Shown: positions 1 through 12,893, counted from the first letter of the stretch. The stretch: DNA of 64,000 bases from Eledone cirrhosa (GCA_964016885.1 OZ024750.1:33728001-33792000), one strand, 5' to 3'. Numbers and translations are program-made. Notes: generated by a model not told the origin, from the letters alone.

Positions 1-16
1 GAAAAGCGGACGTAAA

Positions 17-50
<34 letters not shown>

Positions 51-705
51 CCCTGTAATAATTTCTGATTTTAGGACAAGGCCAGAAATGTTGGGGGAGG
101 GGTAGATCGATTTGGGTTTATGCTAAGAATGAGCACTACTGAGGCCCTCAATAACATCATCCTTTAACATCTGCTTTCACCTCTAACAAGGGTTGGACAG
201 GTCTTCATAAACCATGTCAGTTCTGAAGAGGGGCTACTGACCTCACAGACAGGCCAAGGGTACTGCATCTTGCTTACATAGTCATATGTTCTATCACGTG
301 CACAGGAGAAATTGTTGTGTCTTTGGACACAAACTGAAGGGTCCTCAAGACCACTTGTTTGGCAAGCTTTCTATGGCCAGATGCCCTTCCTAACACTAAT
401 CACTTTACAGCATGTATTGGATGCTTTGGTTGTGTAGATCACCAGCACTATATGTATGTATATATATTTAGAATTTAGCTTCAACCATATATATATAGAG
501 AGAGAGATATGTATTGGAATTTCGTATTTCTAAAGAAATACGGTATGTTTATAAATAAACATTTAGAAAGCCGTAGCTATCCAAAAACACTGGCAGTGTC
601 CAGCGGAAGCAAGGGGACTATTGTTGATGAATTTTGAACTGAACTGGTTCTCATCAGAATGATCCCTCCCGCTCTTGCAACTGCTGGACTTGAAAACAGG
701 TGAGA

Positions 706-819
<114 letters not shown>

Positions 820-1180
820 CAAACGAGCAACGATGGTTGCTAGACACTACGGCTTAATACGGGATGTTTGTTTACAAACACACCCAGCGTTATAATAAAT
901 GTTCGGTGAATCCATATGTACATATATATATGTGTGCATGTATGTATATATATATATACATACTACTGTACGTCTCTATACATATAAGTATGTACATGTA
1001 CATACTTATATTTAAGTAACAGCCGCACTAAGAGTGGGAAATGAAATTTCGTTTCATTTTTTCCGTTTATCGTTTTCGGTGCACCCGGCCGATTAACCCA
1101 CTCGATATGCAAATTGGGCTACTCAGCCGTTAATATGCATAAGGTAAGTATATACATTCAACAATCTGGCAGGAAGGTAT

Positions 1181-1223
1181 ACGTTGCTGACGATAGCTAA
1201 TAAGCTTGAAACTAGTACAGCGT
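1181..1223 (+). ncRNA. Minimal type I hammerhead ribozyme
   Basis: ACGTTG-CTGACGA-T.AGCT-aata-AGCT.T-GAAA-CTAG-TA^CAGCGT. Stem I ACGTTG/CAGCGT and palindromic stem III ACTAGT. Confidence 0.85.
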
Positions 1224-1602
1224 TCCTTTGTCAGTGTTGAACAAACGAGCAACGATGGTTGCTAGACACTACGGCTTAATACGGGATGTTTGTTTACAAA
1301 CACACCCAGCGTTATAATAAATGTTCGGTGAATCCATATGTACATATATATATGTGTGCATGTATGTATATATATATATACATACTACTGTACGTCTGTA
1401 TACATATATGTATGTACATGTACATACTTATATTTAAGTAACAGCCGTACTAAGAGTGGGAAATGAAATTTCGTTTCATTTTTTCCGTTTATCGTTTTCG
1501 GTGCACCCGGCCGATTAACCCACTCGATATGCAAATTGGGCTACTCAGCCGTTAATATGCATAAGGTAAGTATATACATTCAACAATCTGGCAGGAAGGT
1601 AT

Positions 1603-1645
1603 ACGTTGCTGACGATAGCTAATAAGCTTGAAACTAGTACAGCGT
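1603..1645 (+). ncRNA. Minimal type I hammerhead ribozyme (second unit)
   Basis: Identical to 1181-1223, 422 bp downstream. Confidence 0.85.
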
Positions 1646-2198
1646 TCCTTTGTCAGTGTTGAACAAACGAGCAACGATGGTTGCTAGGCACTACGGCTTA
1701 ATACGGGATGTTTGTTTACAAACACACCGAGCGTTATAATAAATGTTCGGTGAATCCATATGTACATATATATATGTGTGCATGTATGTATATATATATA
1801 TACATACTACTGTACGTCTGTATACATATATGTATGTACGTGTACTTACTTATATTTAAGTAACAGCCGTACTAAGAGTGGGAAATGAAATTTCGTTTCA
1901 TTTTTTCCGTTTATATATATATATATAAATATATATATATATTTATATACATACACACACACACACATATATATATATATAATGGCATAACACCCGTTTA
2001 GTCCATCACCACGACCGAAATTGGTTTCTTCATAACTTTCTCAAGATTGCTGATTTTTAAAAGAAATTTTGCAGAGATACATTTTTGAATGTCTAGATTA
2101 TGATTCTGTTGATAAAATCTACTTTTTAAAACCATTTCTAAAAAGTTTTTACACAATTCAGATTTGTAAAAATGATATTACGCTCCACATTGATATTA

Positions 2199-5100
2199 TG
2201 GTGGTGGTGAGTCTGGTGGTGGTGGTGAGTGTGGTGGTGGTGAGTCTGGTGGTGGTGAGTGTGGTGGCGAGTGTGATGGTGGTGGTGGTGGTGGTGAGTC
2301 TGGTGGCGAGTGTGGTGGTGGTGGTGGTGGTGAGTCTGGTGGCGAGTGTGGTGGTGGTGGTGGTGGTGAGTCTGGTGGCGAGTGTGGTGGTGGTGGTGGT
2401 GGTGGTGGTGAGTCTGGTGGCGAGTGTGGTGGTGGTGGTGGTGGTGGTGGTGAGTCTGGTGGCGAGTGTGGTGGTGGTGGTGAGTCTGGTGGCGAGTGTG
2501 GTGGTGGTGGTGGTGGTGAGTCTGGTGGCGAGTGTGGTGGTGGTGGTGGTGGTGGTGAGTCTGGTGGCGAGTGTGGTGGTGGTGGTGGTGGTGGTGGTGA
2601 GTCTGGTGGCGAGTGTGGTGGTGGTGGTGGTGGTGGTGGTGGTGAGTCTGGTGGCGAGTGTGGTGGTGGTGGTGGTGGTGGTGGTGGTGAGTCTGGTGGC
2701 GAGTGTGGTGGTGGTGGTGGTGGTGGTGAGTCTGGTGGCGAGTGTGGTTGTGGTGGTGGTGGTGGTGGTGGTGAGTCTGGTGGCGAGTGTGGTGGTGGTG
2801 GTGGTGGTGGTGAGTCTGGTGGCGAGTGTGGTGGTAGTGGTGGTGGTGGTGAGTCTGGTGGCGAGTGTGGTGGTGGTGGTGGTGGTGGTGGTGGTGAGTC
2901 TGGTGGCGAGTGTGGTGGTGGTGGTGGTGGTGGTGGTGGTGAGTCTGGTGGCGAGTGTGGTGGTGGTGGTGGTAGTGGTGAGTCTGGTGGCGAGTGTGGT
3001 GGTGGTGGTGGTGGTGGTGGTGAGTCTGATGGCGAGTGTGGTGGTGGTGGTGGTGGTGGTGAGTCTGGTGGCGAGTGTGGTGGTGGTGGTGGTAGTGGTG
3101 AGTCTGGTGGCGAGTGTGGTGGTGGTGGTGAGTCTGGTGGCGAGTGTGGTGGTGGTGGTGGTGGTGGTGGTGGTGGTGAGTCTGGTGGCAAGTGTGGTGG
3201 TGGTGGTGGTGGTGGTGAGTCTGGTGGCGAGTCTGGTGGTGGTGGTGGTGAGTCTGGTGGCGAGTGTGGTGGTGGTGGTGGTGGTTTTGGTGATGGTGAG
3301 TCTGGTGGCGAGTGTGGTGGTGGTGGTGGTGGTGGCGAGTGTGGTGGTGGTGGTGAGTCTGGTGGCGAGTGTGGTGGTGGTGGTGGTGGTGGTGGTGGTG
3401 GTGGTGGTGGTGTGTCTGGTGGTGAGTGTGGTGGTGGTGGTGAGTCTGGTGGCGAGTGTGGTGGTGGTGGTGGTGGTAGTGGTGAGTCTGGTGGCGAGTG
3501 TGGTGGTGGTGGTGGTGGTGGTGGTGGTGGTGGTGGTGTGTCTGGTGGTGAGTGTGGTGGTGGTGGTGAGTCTGGTGGCGAGTGTGGTGGTGGTGGTGGT
3601 GGTGGTGGTGGTGAGTCTGGTGGCGAGTGTGGTGGTGGTGGTGGTGAGTCTGGTGGCGAGTGTGGTGGTTGTGGTGGTGGTGGTGAGTCTGGTGGCGAGT
3701 GTGGTGGTGGTGGTGGTGGTGGTGGTGTTGTGTCTGGTGGCGAGTGTGGTGGTGGTGGTGGTGAGTCTGGTGGCGAGTGTGGTGGTGGTGGTGAGTCTGG
3801 TGGCGAGTGTGGTGGTGGTGGTGGTGAGTCTGGTGGCGAGTGTGGTGGTGAGTCTGGTGGCGAGTGTGGTGGTGGTGGTGGTGGTGGTGGTGGTGTGTCT
3901 GGTGGCGAGTGTGGTGGTAGTGGTGGTGGTGGTGAGTCTGGTGGCGAGTGTGGTGGTGGTGGTGGTGGTGGTGGTGGTGGTGGTGGTGTGTCTGGTGGCG
4001 AGTGTGGTGGTGGTGGTGGTGGTGAGTCTGGTGGCGAGTGTGGTGGTGGTGGTGGTGGTGGTGGTGGTGAGTCTGGTGGCGAGTGTGGTGGTGGTGGTGG
4101 TGGTGGTGGTGGTGGTGGTGGTGGTGTGTCTGGTGGCGAGTGTGGTGGTGGTGGTGGTGGTGAGTCTGGTGGCGAGTGTGGTGGTGGTGGTGGTGGTGGT
4201 GAGTGTGGTGGTGGTGGTGAGTCTGGTGGCGAGTGTGGTGGTGGTGGTGGTGGTGGTGAATCTGGTGGCGAGTGTGGTGGTGGTGGTGGTGGTGGTGAGT
4301 CTGGTGGCGAGTGTGGTGGTGGTGGTGGTGGTGGTGAGTCTGGTGGCGAGTGTGGTGGTGGTGGTGGTGGTGGTGAATCTGGTGGCGAGTGTGGTGGTGG
4401 TGGTGGTGGTGGTGAGTCTGGTGGCGAGTGTGGTGGTGGTGGTGGTAGTGGTGAATCTGGTGGCGAGTGTGGTGGTGGTGGTGGTGGTGGTGAGTCTGGT
4501 GGTGGTGGTGAGTCTGGTGGCGAGTGTGGTGGTGGTGGTGGTGGTGAGTCTGGTGGCGAGTGTGGTGGTGGTGGTGGTGGTGGTGAGTCTGGTGGCGAGT
4601 GTGGTGGTGGTGGTGGTGGTGGTGGTGAGTCTGGTGGCGAGTGTGGTGGTGGTGGTGAGTCTGGTGGCCAGTGTGGTGGTGGTGGTGGTGGTGGTGAGTC
4701 TGGTGGCGAGTGTGGTGGTGAGTCTGGTGGCCAGTGTGGTGGTGGTGGTGGTGGTGGTGAGTCTGGTGGCGAGTGTGGTGGTGGTGGTGGTAGTGGTGAG
4801 TCTGGTGGCGAGTGTGGTGGTGGTGGTGAGTCTGGTGGCGAGTGTGGTGGTGGTGGTGAGTCTGGTGGCGAGTGTGGTGGTGGCGAGTGTGGTGGTGGTG
4901 GTGGTGAGTGTGGTGGCGAGTGTGGTGGTGGTGGTGAGTCTGGTGGCGAGTGTGGTGGCCAGTGTGGTGGTGGTGGTGGTGGTGGTGAGTCTGGTGGCCA
5001 GTGTGGTGGTGGTGGTGGTGGTGGTGAGTCTGGTGGCGAGTGTGGTGGTGGTGGTGAGTCTGGTGGCCAGTGTGGTGGTGGTGGTGGTGGTGGTGAGTCT

Positions 5101-8100
5101 GGTGGCGAGTGTGGTGGTGGTGGTGGTAGTGGTGAGTCTGGTGGCGAGTGTGGTGGTGGTGGTGAGTCTGGTGGCGAGTGTGGTGGTGGTGGTGAGTCTG
5201 GTGGCGAGTGTGGTGGTGGCGAGTGTGGTGGTGGTGGTGGTGAGTGTGGTGGCGAGTGTGGTGGTGGTGGTGAGTCTGGTGGCGAGTGTGGTGGTGGTGG
5301 TGGTTGTGGTGGTGAGTCTGGTGGTGGTGGTGGTGGTGAGTCTGGTGGCGAGTGTGGTGGTGGTGGTGGTGGTGGTGGGTCTGGTGGCGAGTGTGGTGGT
5401 GGTGGTGAGTGTGGTGGCGAGTGTGGTGGTGGTGGTGGTGAGTCTGGTGGTGGCGGTGGTAGTGGTGAGTCTGGTGGCGAGTGTGGTGGTGGTGGTGGTG
5501 GTGGTGGTGAGTCTGGTGGCGAGTGTGGTGGTGGTGGTGGTGGTAGTGGTGAGTCTGGTGGCGAGTGTGGTGGTGGTGGTGAGTCTGGTGGCGAGTGTGG
5601 TGGTGGTGGTGGTGAGTGTGGTTGCGAGTGTGGTGGTGGTGGTGGTGGTGGTGAGTCTGGTGGCGAGTGTGGTGGTGGTGGTGGTGAGTCTGGTGGCGAG
5701 TGTGGTGGTGGTGGTGGTGAGTCTGGTGGTGAGTGTGGTGGTGGTGGTGGTGGTAGTGGTGAGTCTGGTGGCGAGTGTGGTGGTGGTGGTGGTGAGTCTG
5801 GTGGCGAGTGTGGTGGTGGTGGTGGTAAGTCTGGTGGTGAGTGTGGTGGTGGTGGTGGTGGTGGTGGTGAGTCTGGTGGCGAGTGTGGTGGTGGTGAGTC
5901 TGGTGGCGAGTGTGGTGGTGGTGGTGGTGGTGGTGGTGGTGAGTCTGGTGGCGAGTGTGGTGGTGGTGGTGAGTCTGGTGGCGAGTGTGGTGGTGGTGGT
6001 GGTGGTGGTGAGTCTGGTGGCGAGTGTGGTGGTGGTGGTGAGTCTGGTGGCGAGTGTGGTGGTGGTGAGTCTGGTGGCGAGTGTGGTGGTGGTGGTGGTG
6101 GTGGTGGTGAGTCTGGTGGCGAGTGTGGTGGTGGTGGTGAGTCTGGTGGCGAGTGTGGTGGTGGTGGTGGTGAGTCTGGTGGCGAGTGTGGTGGTGGTGG
6201 TGGTGAGTCTGGTGGTGAGTGTGGTGGTGGTGGTGGTGGTAGTGGTGAGTCTGGTGGCGAGTGTGGTGGTGGTGGTGAGTCTGGTGGCGAGTGTGGTGGT
6301 GGTGGTGAGTGTGGTGGCGAGTGTGGTGGTGGTGGTGGTGGTGGTGAGTCTGGTGGCGAGTGTGGTGGTGGTGGTGAGTCTGGTGGCGAGTGTGGTGGTG
6401 GTGGTGGTGGTGGTGAGTCTGGTGGCGAGTGTGGTGGTGGTGGTGAGTCTGGTGGCGAGTGTGGTGGTGGTGGTGGTGAGTCTGGTGGCGAGTGTGGTGG
6501 TGGTGGTGGTGAGTCTGGTGGTGAGTGTGGTGGTGGTGGTGGTGGTAGTGGTGAGTCTGGTGGCGAGTGTGGTGGTGGTGGTGGTGAGTCTGGTGGTGAG
6601 TGTGGTGGTGGTGGTGAGTCTGGTGGTGAGTGTGGTGGTGGTGGTGAGTCTGGTGGCGAGTGTGGTGGTGGTGGTGAGTCTGGTGGTGAGTGTGGTGGTG
6701 GTGGTGGTGGTAGTGGTGAGTCTGGTGGCGAGTGTGGTGGTGGTGGTGGTGAGTCTGGTGGTGAGTGTGGTGGTGGTGGTGAGTCTGGTGGCGAGTGTGG
6801 TGGTGGTAGTGGTGAGTCTGGTGGTGAGTGTGGTGGTGGTGGTGAGTCTGGTGGTGAGTGTGGTGGTGGTGGTGGTGGTAGTGGTGAGTCTGGTGGCGAG
6901 TGTGGTGGTGGTGGTGAGTCTGGTGGCGAGTGTGGTGGTGGTAGTGGTGAGTCTGGTGGTGAGTGTGGTGGTGGTGGTGAGTCTGGTGGTGAGTGTGGTG
7001 GTGGTGGTGGTGGTAGTGGTGAGTCTGTTGGCGAGTGTGGTGGTGGTGGTGAGTCTGGTGGCGAGTGTGGTGGTGGTAGTGGTGAGTCTGGTGGTGAGTG
7101 TGGTGGTGGTGGTGAGTCTGGTGGTGAGTGTGGTGGTGGTGGTGGTGGTAGTGGTGAGTCTGGTGGCGAGTGTGGTGGTGGTGGTGGTGAGTCTGGTGGT
7201 GAGTGTGCTGGTGGTGGTGAGTCTGGTGGCGAGTGTGGTGGTGGTGGTGAGTCTGGTGGCGAGTGTGGTGGTGGTAGTGGTGAGTCTGGTGGTGAGTGTG
7301 GTGGTGGTGGTGACTCTGGTGGCGAGTGTGGTGGTGGTGGTGGTGGTGGTGGTGGTGAGTCTGGTGGTGAGTGTGGTGGTGGTGGTGAGTCTGGTGGCGA
7401 GTGTGGTGGTGGTGGTGAGTCTGGTGGTGAGTGTGGTGGTGGTGGTGGTGGTAGTGGTGAGTCTGGTGGCGAGTGTGGTGGTGGTGGTGGTGAGTCTGGT
7501 GGTGAGTGTGGTGGTGGTGGTGAGTCTGGTGGCAAGTGTGGTGGTGGTAGTGGTGAGTCTGGTGGTGAGTGTGGTGGTGGTGGTGAGTCTGGTGGTGAGT
7601 GTGGTGGTGGTGGTGGTGGTAGTGGTGAGTCTGGTGGCGAGTGTGGTGGTGGTGGTGGTGAGTCTGGTGGTGAGTGTGGTGGTGGTGGTGAGTCTGGTGG
7701 TGAGTGTGGTGGTGGTGGTGGTGGTAGTGGTGAGTCTGGTGGCGAGTGTGGTGGTGGTGGTGGTGAGTCTGGTGGCGAGTGTGGTGGTGGTAGTGGTGAG
7801 TCTGGTGGTGAGTGTGGTGGTGGTGGTGAGTCTGGTGGCGAGTGTGGTGGTGGTGGTGGTGAGTCTGGTGGCGAGTGTGGTGGTGGTAGTGGTGAGTCTG
7901 GTGGCGAGTGTGGTGGTGGTGGTGAGTCTGGTGGCGAGTGTGATGGTGGTGGTGGTGAGTCTGGTGGTGGCGGTGGTAGTGGTGAGTCTGGTGGCGAGTG
8001 TGGTGGTGGTGGTGGTGGTGGTGAGTCTGGTGGCGAGTGTGGTGGTGGTGGTGGTGGTGGTGAGTCTGGTGTTGAGTGTGGTGGTGGTGGTGGTGGTGTG

Positions 8101-8535
8101 TCTGGTGACGAGTGTGGTGGTGGTGGTGGTGGTGGTGAGTCTGGTGGCGAGTGTGGTGGTGGTGAGTGTGGTGGCGAGTGTGGTGGTGGTGGTGGTGGTG
8201 GTGAGTCTGGTGGCGAGTGTGGTGGTGGTGAGTGTGGTGGCGAGTGTGGTGGTGGTGGTGGTGGTGAGTCTGGTGGCGAGTGTGGTGGTGGTGGTGGTGG
8301 TGGTGAGTCTGGTGGCGAGTGTGGTGGTGGTGAGTGTGGTGGCGAGTGTGGTGGTGGTGGTGGTGGTGGTGAGTCTGGTGGCGAGTGTGGTGGTGGTGGT
8401 GGTGGTGGTGGTGGTGAGTCTGGTGGCGAGTCTGGTGGCGAGTGTGGTGGTGGTGGTGGTGGTGGTGGTGGTGAGTCTGGTGGTGAGTGTGGTGGTGGTG
8501 GTGAGTCTGGTGGCGAGTGTGGTGGTGGTGGTGGA
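2199..8535. repeat. 6.3-kb (GGT)n-based satellite punctuated by GAGTCTGGTGGCGAGTGT
   Basis: Seen directly in the sequence. Confidence 0.98.
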
Positions 8536-8641
8536 GTACACTCAGCTGGAATTGTGTCTATATAACGTAATTGAGTTGTTTAACCACAAGCATTACATGT
8601 AAACCAAAACCATGAATAAAAATTTCTACTACTACTACCAT

Positions 8642-8679
<38 letters not shown>

Positions 8680-9058
8680 TCACTACCACCACCACTACTA
8701 CCACCACTCCCACTACAAACCCCACCACAAACCCCATCACAAACCCCACCACCACCAGTACTACCCCCACCCCCACCCTCACCAGTACTACCACCCCACC
8801 ACCATCACTACTACTACAGAAATAATATCCTCACTCACCCACCTATTAAATTATGTCCTAATGTTAAGTTCTGTTTCCACAATACAACTCCATGAACTAA
8901 GAAACAACATTTAAATCTCATGTCCTCCGTTACATCATTTCCTACACTGTAAAGAATCTATAAACGTATTTTTTTTTAAATAAAAATAGTTGTTAATTTT
9001 TTTTTTTTTTTGAAAAAAAGTTTTATTTTTAATCGAATGCATACAAATAAATATAATT

Positions 9059-9274
9059 TACTGCATATACTTCGATATAAGCTGAGGAACATGTGATAAA
9101 AAATTGAAGGTAAAATGGAGGGGGGGGGGAGTTGGCTTGTATTTGTCATCTAAACATGTGTTGATTAGCTACCTCAGCTTATAAACAACGTTTGAACTTT
9201 TGCCCATTTCTCAGATATAAGATAGTTGGGGTTGGCATATATTCAAATCAGCATATATTCAAATGTATATGGTA
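9059..9274. mobile_element. Decayed Tc1/pogo-type MITE
   Basis: Imperfect TIRs TACTGCATATACTTCGATATAAGCTGA / TCAGCATATATTCAAATGTATATGGTA. A related end lies at 29742-29770. Confidence 0.5.
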
Positions 9275-9279
9275 TATTT

Positions 9280-9475
9280 AAAATCAATATTTGAAATTTA
9301 TATTTAAAATTTATATTTGAAATTAATATTTGAAATTTATATTTGAAATTTATATTTAAAATCAATATTTGAAATTTATATTTAAAATTTATATTTGAAA
9401 TTAATATTTGAAATTTATATTTGAAATTTATATTTAAAATTTTTATTTAAAATTTACATTTGAAATTTATATCTA
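9280..9475. repeat. ~15-bp AT-rich tandem repeat (AAATTTATATTTGAA-like)
   Basis: Seen directly in the sequence. Confidence 0.8.
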
Positions 9476-9749
9476 AAATGTATATTTTAAAAAAATGAGC
9501 GAAGAGAGAGACACAATTATATGCCACAAAAAGGGGTACTGGAGTTTCCCTCTAATAATTCTACAGCCAAGCCAACATATAGCATTACCGTGTATGATAG
9601 CAAGTCTAAGATGCTGGGAATAACCAAGCACCCTCACCAGGAGCACTTTACTTGATATGTCAGTAAGGCAAACCACTAACAGTAACAGGAATTTCAATCT
9701 CAGCAGCCTAGCTTCCCACTAAATCATCATCTTTGTCATTTAAAAAAAT

Positions 9750-10230
9750 AATAATAATGAAATTATTGTGTAAAGTGCTCAGGTACACTACAACTCGTCA
9801 AAGGTGCATGTATAGTACATAGAATAATTGTTTCTACTTTAGGCACAAGGCCAGCAATTACCCAGTGCATTACTGGTACTTTATTTTATCGACCCCGTAA
9901 GGATGAAAGGCAAAGTCAACCTCGGCGGGATTTGAACTCAGATCGTAAAGGGACGTAACTATGCTGGAAAACATGGCGTCCGACCCTCTACCGATACTGC
10001 CAATCCACCACCCTTGGTATAGTACATAGAATAATACACAAATGTCAGGGAAGTGAATAGTGTATGAGTCATGATATACATGTGTGTATGTGTATGGAGG
10101 GGGAACATTAGGTGTAGTGTTGGCGAATCTCGGGAAGCATGGAGGCCTTAAAGGATGCAGTGTCTCGACAGCTAACAACTGATGCAGGTAGTTTGTTCCA
10201 TGCTTCAGCAACTCTGAGCGTGAAAAAATG
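9750..10230 (-). mobile_element. CR1-like LINE 3' end interrupted by a SINE
   Basis: Homologous to 42805-43085. The SINE insert is flanked by a 19-bp TSD GTATAGTACATAGAATAAT (9810-9828, 10017-10035). Confidence 0.7.
9829..10016 (-). mobile_element. tRNA-derived SINE A (~195 bp)
   Basis: A box TGGCAGTATCGG, B box GAGTTCAAATCC, body GCCTTTCATCCTTACGGGGTCGATAAAATAAAGTACCAG. Other copies at ~19745, 30735, 35881, 40174, 44340-44900, 47620-48090, 63025 and 63860. Confidence 0.85.
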
Positions 10231-11473
10231 TCCAACTGATCCAGCTGGATCTCCAAGCAAGGCCAGCCAAGCTCATTGAAACATTCTCCATTATATTTAC
10301 AAGGGTAACTAAACTGTTTCTATAAAAACAAAACATTCTATTAAAGAGAAGAAAATCAAAAACGAAAAGGAAATGAAAAGAAGAAAAAGAAAAAAGGAAT
10401 TAAACAATGGAAGAAAGGGAGAGGGAGAGGGACAGACACTACACTCCAGTCTGAGCTATGCTTCAGCTGTGTCCCACAGACAAAATGCCAAAGGTATTTC
10501 AGCAGAGAATGGCCAGAGACACCCACTGCACCAGCCACCCCACCTCACAGGGCTCCCTCTTCAGGCAGGTTGTTTATCTGCTAATTTATACAGTTTCATA
10601 CTTCCTCATACTGCTTTATAACAATGTTAATCTAGCTAGAGCTTCATGTCCAGTCAAAAAGAAATCACACTCTCTAGCTCACTCTCTCATTTTCTCCCTT
10701 CTTTCTCTCTCTCTCTCTCTCTCTCTGTATATATATATATTTATATATATGGTGGCTGCAAATTCGTTTTCGAGTATGGCCACTACTTTATATCCATGTA
10801 GGAGAACCCCTACCGATGCGCTGAACGAGTGTGACTTTTTAGTCCAGCCAGCGATTTGAAAACTCTCGTACAAACACTACACTTGTGACAATTATTGACA
10901 CATAGTGTGGGCCCATGGCACCATGTGAGGACAAGTGCAGAGAGATCTCCAGATATAAAGCAATGCCTGTGCCGTGAAGCTTTTATAGTGAGCAAAGGCA
11001 CTGCACAAAGCCAGTCCCAGTCTCTTAACCAAGATGCTATTTACCAAAAAGAAGAACAAGTCAACATCATTGGATACCATCAGGGTTGCAGGTGTTATAT
11101 CAGAGTTTTCCTTCTCCTAGAATTCTGCCTTGACAAAGGCTAAGGGGTCATCTCTCCCGGTGATTTTGGATGGCCATTGACTCTTAAGAGCTCCTTTGTC
11201 TTTGACAGGTTTTGTTTTTAGTCCTGCAGGATGTCCAAAGTCACCCTCCTCACCAAGAAACCTTGGTGGGGTTGCCAGTTTAGTCACCAACGACCCGACC
11301 ATGAGTCAGGTTGTACTGGGATACATGTTACCATACATATATATATATATATGTACATACATACTTTTACATATATCATCATCATCATATACATACACAT
11401 ATATATATATATATATCTGTATGCGGTTGACTATATATCTCTATATATACATATATGTATATGCATATATATA

Positions 11474-11506
<33 letters not shown>

Positions 11507-11605
11507 CATATATATATTTGATATATATATTATCCTTATCGAGCCCTCTTTGGATTTTAGTCATCACATTTATTATTATTACTATATATATAAATATGTA
11601 TAAAT

Positions 11606-11815
11606 ATGTATATAATGTTTTATATAGAAATGGCTTCTACAGGACTAGAACTGTTTCATTTGAAGGAAATCATCAGGAAAGCTAACTGTCATCGTGATTT
11701 TCTTCGAATGAAACAGTTCTAGTCCAGTAGAAGCCATTTCTATATTAAACATTGTATATACTCTACTATGTATTGAGTACCTTACTTACTGTGGTTACCC
11801 CCGATTGAACCCGAG

Positions 11816-11817
<2 letters not shown>
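11606..11817. mobile_element. Fold-back HHR element, family I (Penelope pseudo-LTR-like)
   Basis: Inverted arms around 11670-11695 plus a unique tail to 11817. Homologous to 19050-19232 and 21266-21497. Microsatellite flanks. Confidence 0.7.
11632..11682 (-). ncRNA. Hammerhead ribozyme motif, fold-back family I
   Basis: - strand: GCTTTC-CTGATGA-tttccttcaaat-GAAA-CAG-ttctagtc-CTG-TA^GAAGCC. Confidence 0.7.
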
Positions 11818-11868
<51 letters not shown>

Positions 11869-11880
11869 CATATATATAAA

Positions 11881-12156
11881 AAGTCTAAAGTCTGTCTTAA
11901 GCCAGAAGGCTCATTTATCTCGGTTTCATGGCGTGAAACGACTGAGAGTACAAGACTCCCCCCTGGACAGGACGCCAGTCCATCGCAGGGTTAAACCTGC
12001 AGCTATTGCTGGTACCCATTTTCAGCTGAGTATACTGGAGCAACGTGAAATGAAGTGTTTTGCTCAAGAACATAACACGCAGCCCGGTTCGATTCCCGGG
12101 CTGCGTGTTGTGTTCTTGAGCAAAACACTTCATTTCACGTTGCTCCAATATACTCA
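11881..12156 (-). mobile_element. Third SINE (CORE/V-like body) with 5' fold-back
   Basis: Shares the TTGAGCAA.ACACTT core with SINE B but has a different 3' part. Palindrome 12027-12156. Confidence 0.6.
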
Positions 12157-12498
12157 TCATCATCATCATCATCATTTTACGTCCGCTTTTCCCTGCTTGC
12201 AAGGGTGGGACGGGAACTGATTCTGGCTTGATTTCTACAGCTGGATGCCCTTCCTAACACCAACCTCATTTACAGTGAGTGCTGGATGCTTTTTTTGCCG
12301 TGGCACCTCCACGACCACTTTGCAGTGGAATGATAGGGACCCCAGTCCCTATCGTCTCATTTCTACAGCTGAGTAAACTGGAGCAATGTGAAATAAAGTG
12401 TCTTGCTCAAGGACACAACACATCACCTGGTCTGAGAATTGAACTCACAACCTTTCGATTGCAAGCCCAATGCTCTAATCACTAAGCCATGTGCCTCC
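12157..12498 (-). mobile_element. tRNA-derived CORE-like SINE B with RTE-type tail
   Basis: A box TGGCTTAGTG, B box GAGTTCAATTC, CCTTGAGCAAGACACTT core, (ATG)n tail. Confidence 0.85.
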
Positions 12499-12848
12499 AT
12501 ATATATATATATATATATATACATCCATACCCAGTTGAATACGTTTAAGCAGAAAGTGAAGCATTTCATTAATAAAGTACTTCTATTACATTAGTAGTCT
12601 TCGTGTCTGTTACATTTTATGCCTTTACTTCCACTGAACACAACTATATAATATGTATTACTAAATATTGATTATATACTTCGATTATGCACAAGGCTCC
12701 AAATGTATATTGGAAAGAGAACAATAAAACATTTTTCTTAGGCATTCGTGGAGTGAGTGAATTGCAATCACGTTTGGTAATTTCAATTCTAATGCAAACG
12801 GTATGTATATTATATGTAAATTGTATACGAATATATATATACATATTC

Positions 12849-12893
<45 letters not shown>

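Larger units (their letters stand above)
820..1914 (+). mobile_element. 2.6 tandem copies of a 422-bp hammerhead-bearing unit (Penelope pseudo-LTR / non-LTR retrozyme-like)
   Basis: AAACGAGCAACG recurs at 821, 1243 and 1665 with few substitutions between units. One HHR per full unit. Flanked by (CA)n and (TA)n. Confidence 0.8.

Noticed and set aside
2069-8602. Giant ORFs (2177/2127/1779/1717 aa) as mucin/extensin/Gly-rich genes
   Set aside because: Open in several frames on both strands with no synonymous variation. This follows from the (GGT)n composition.
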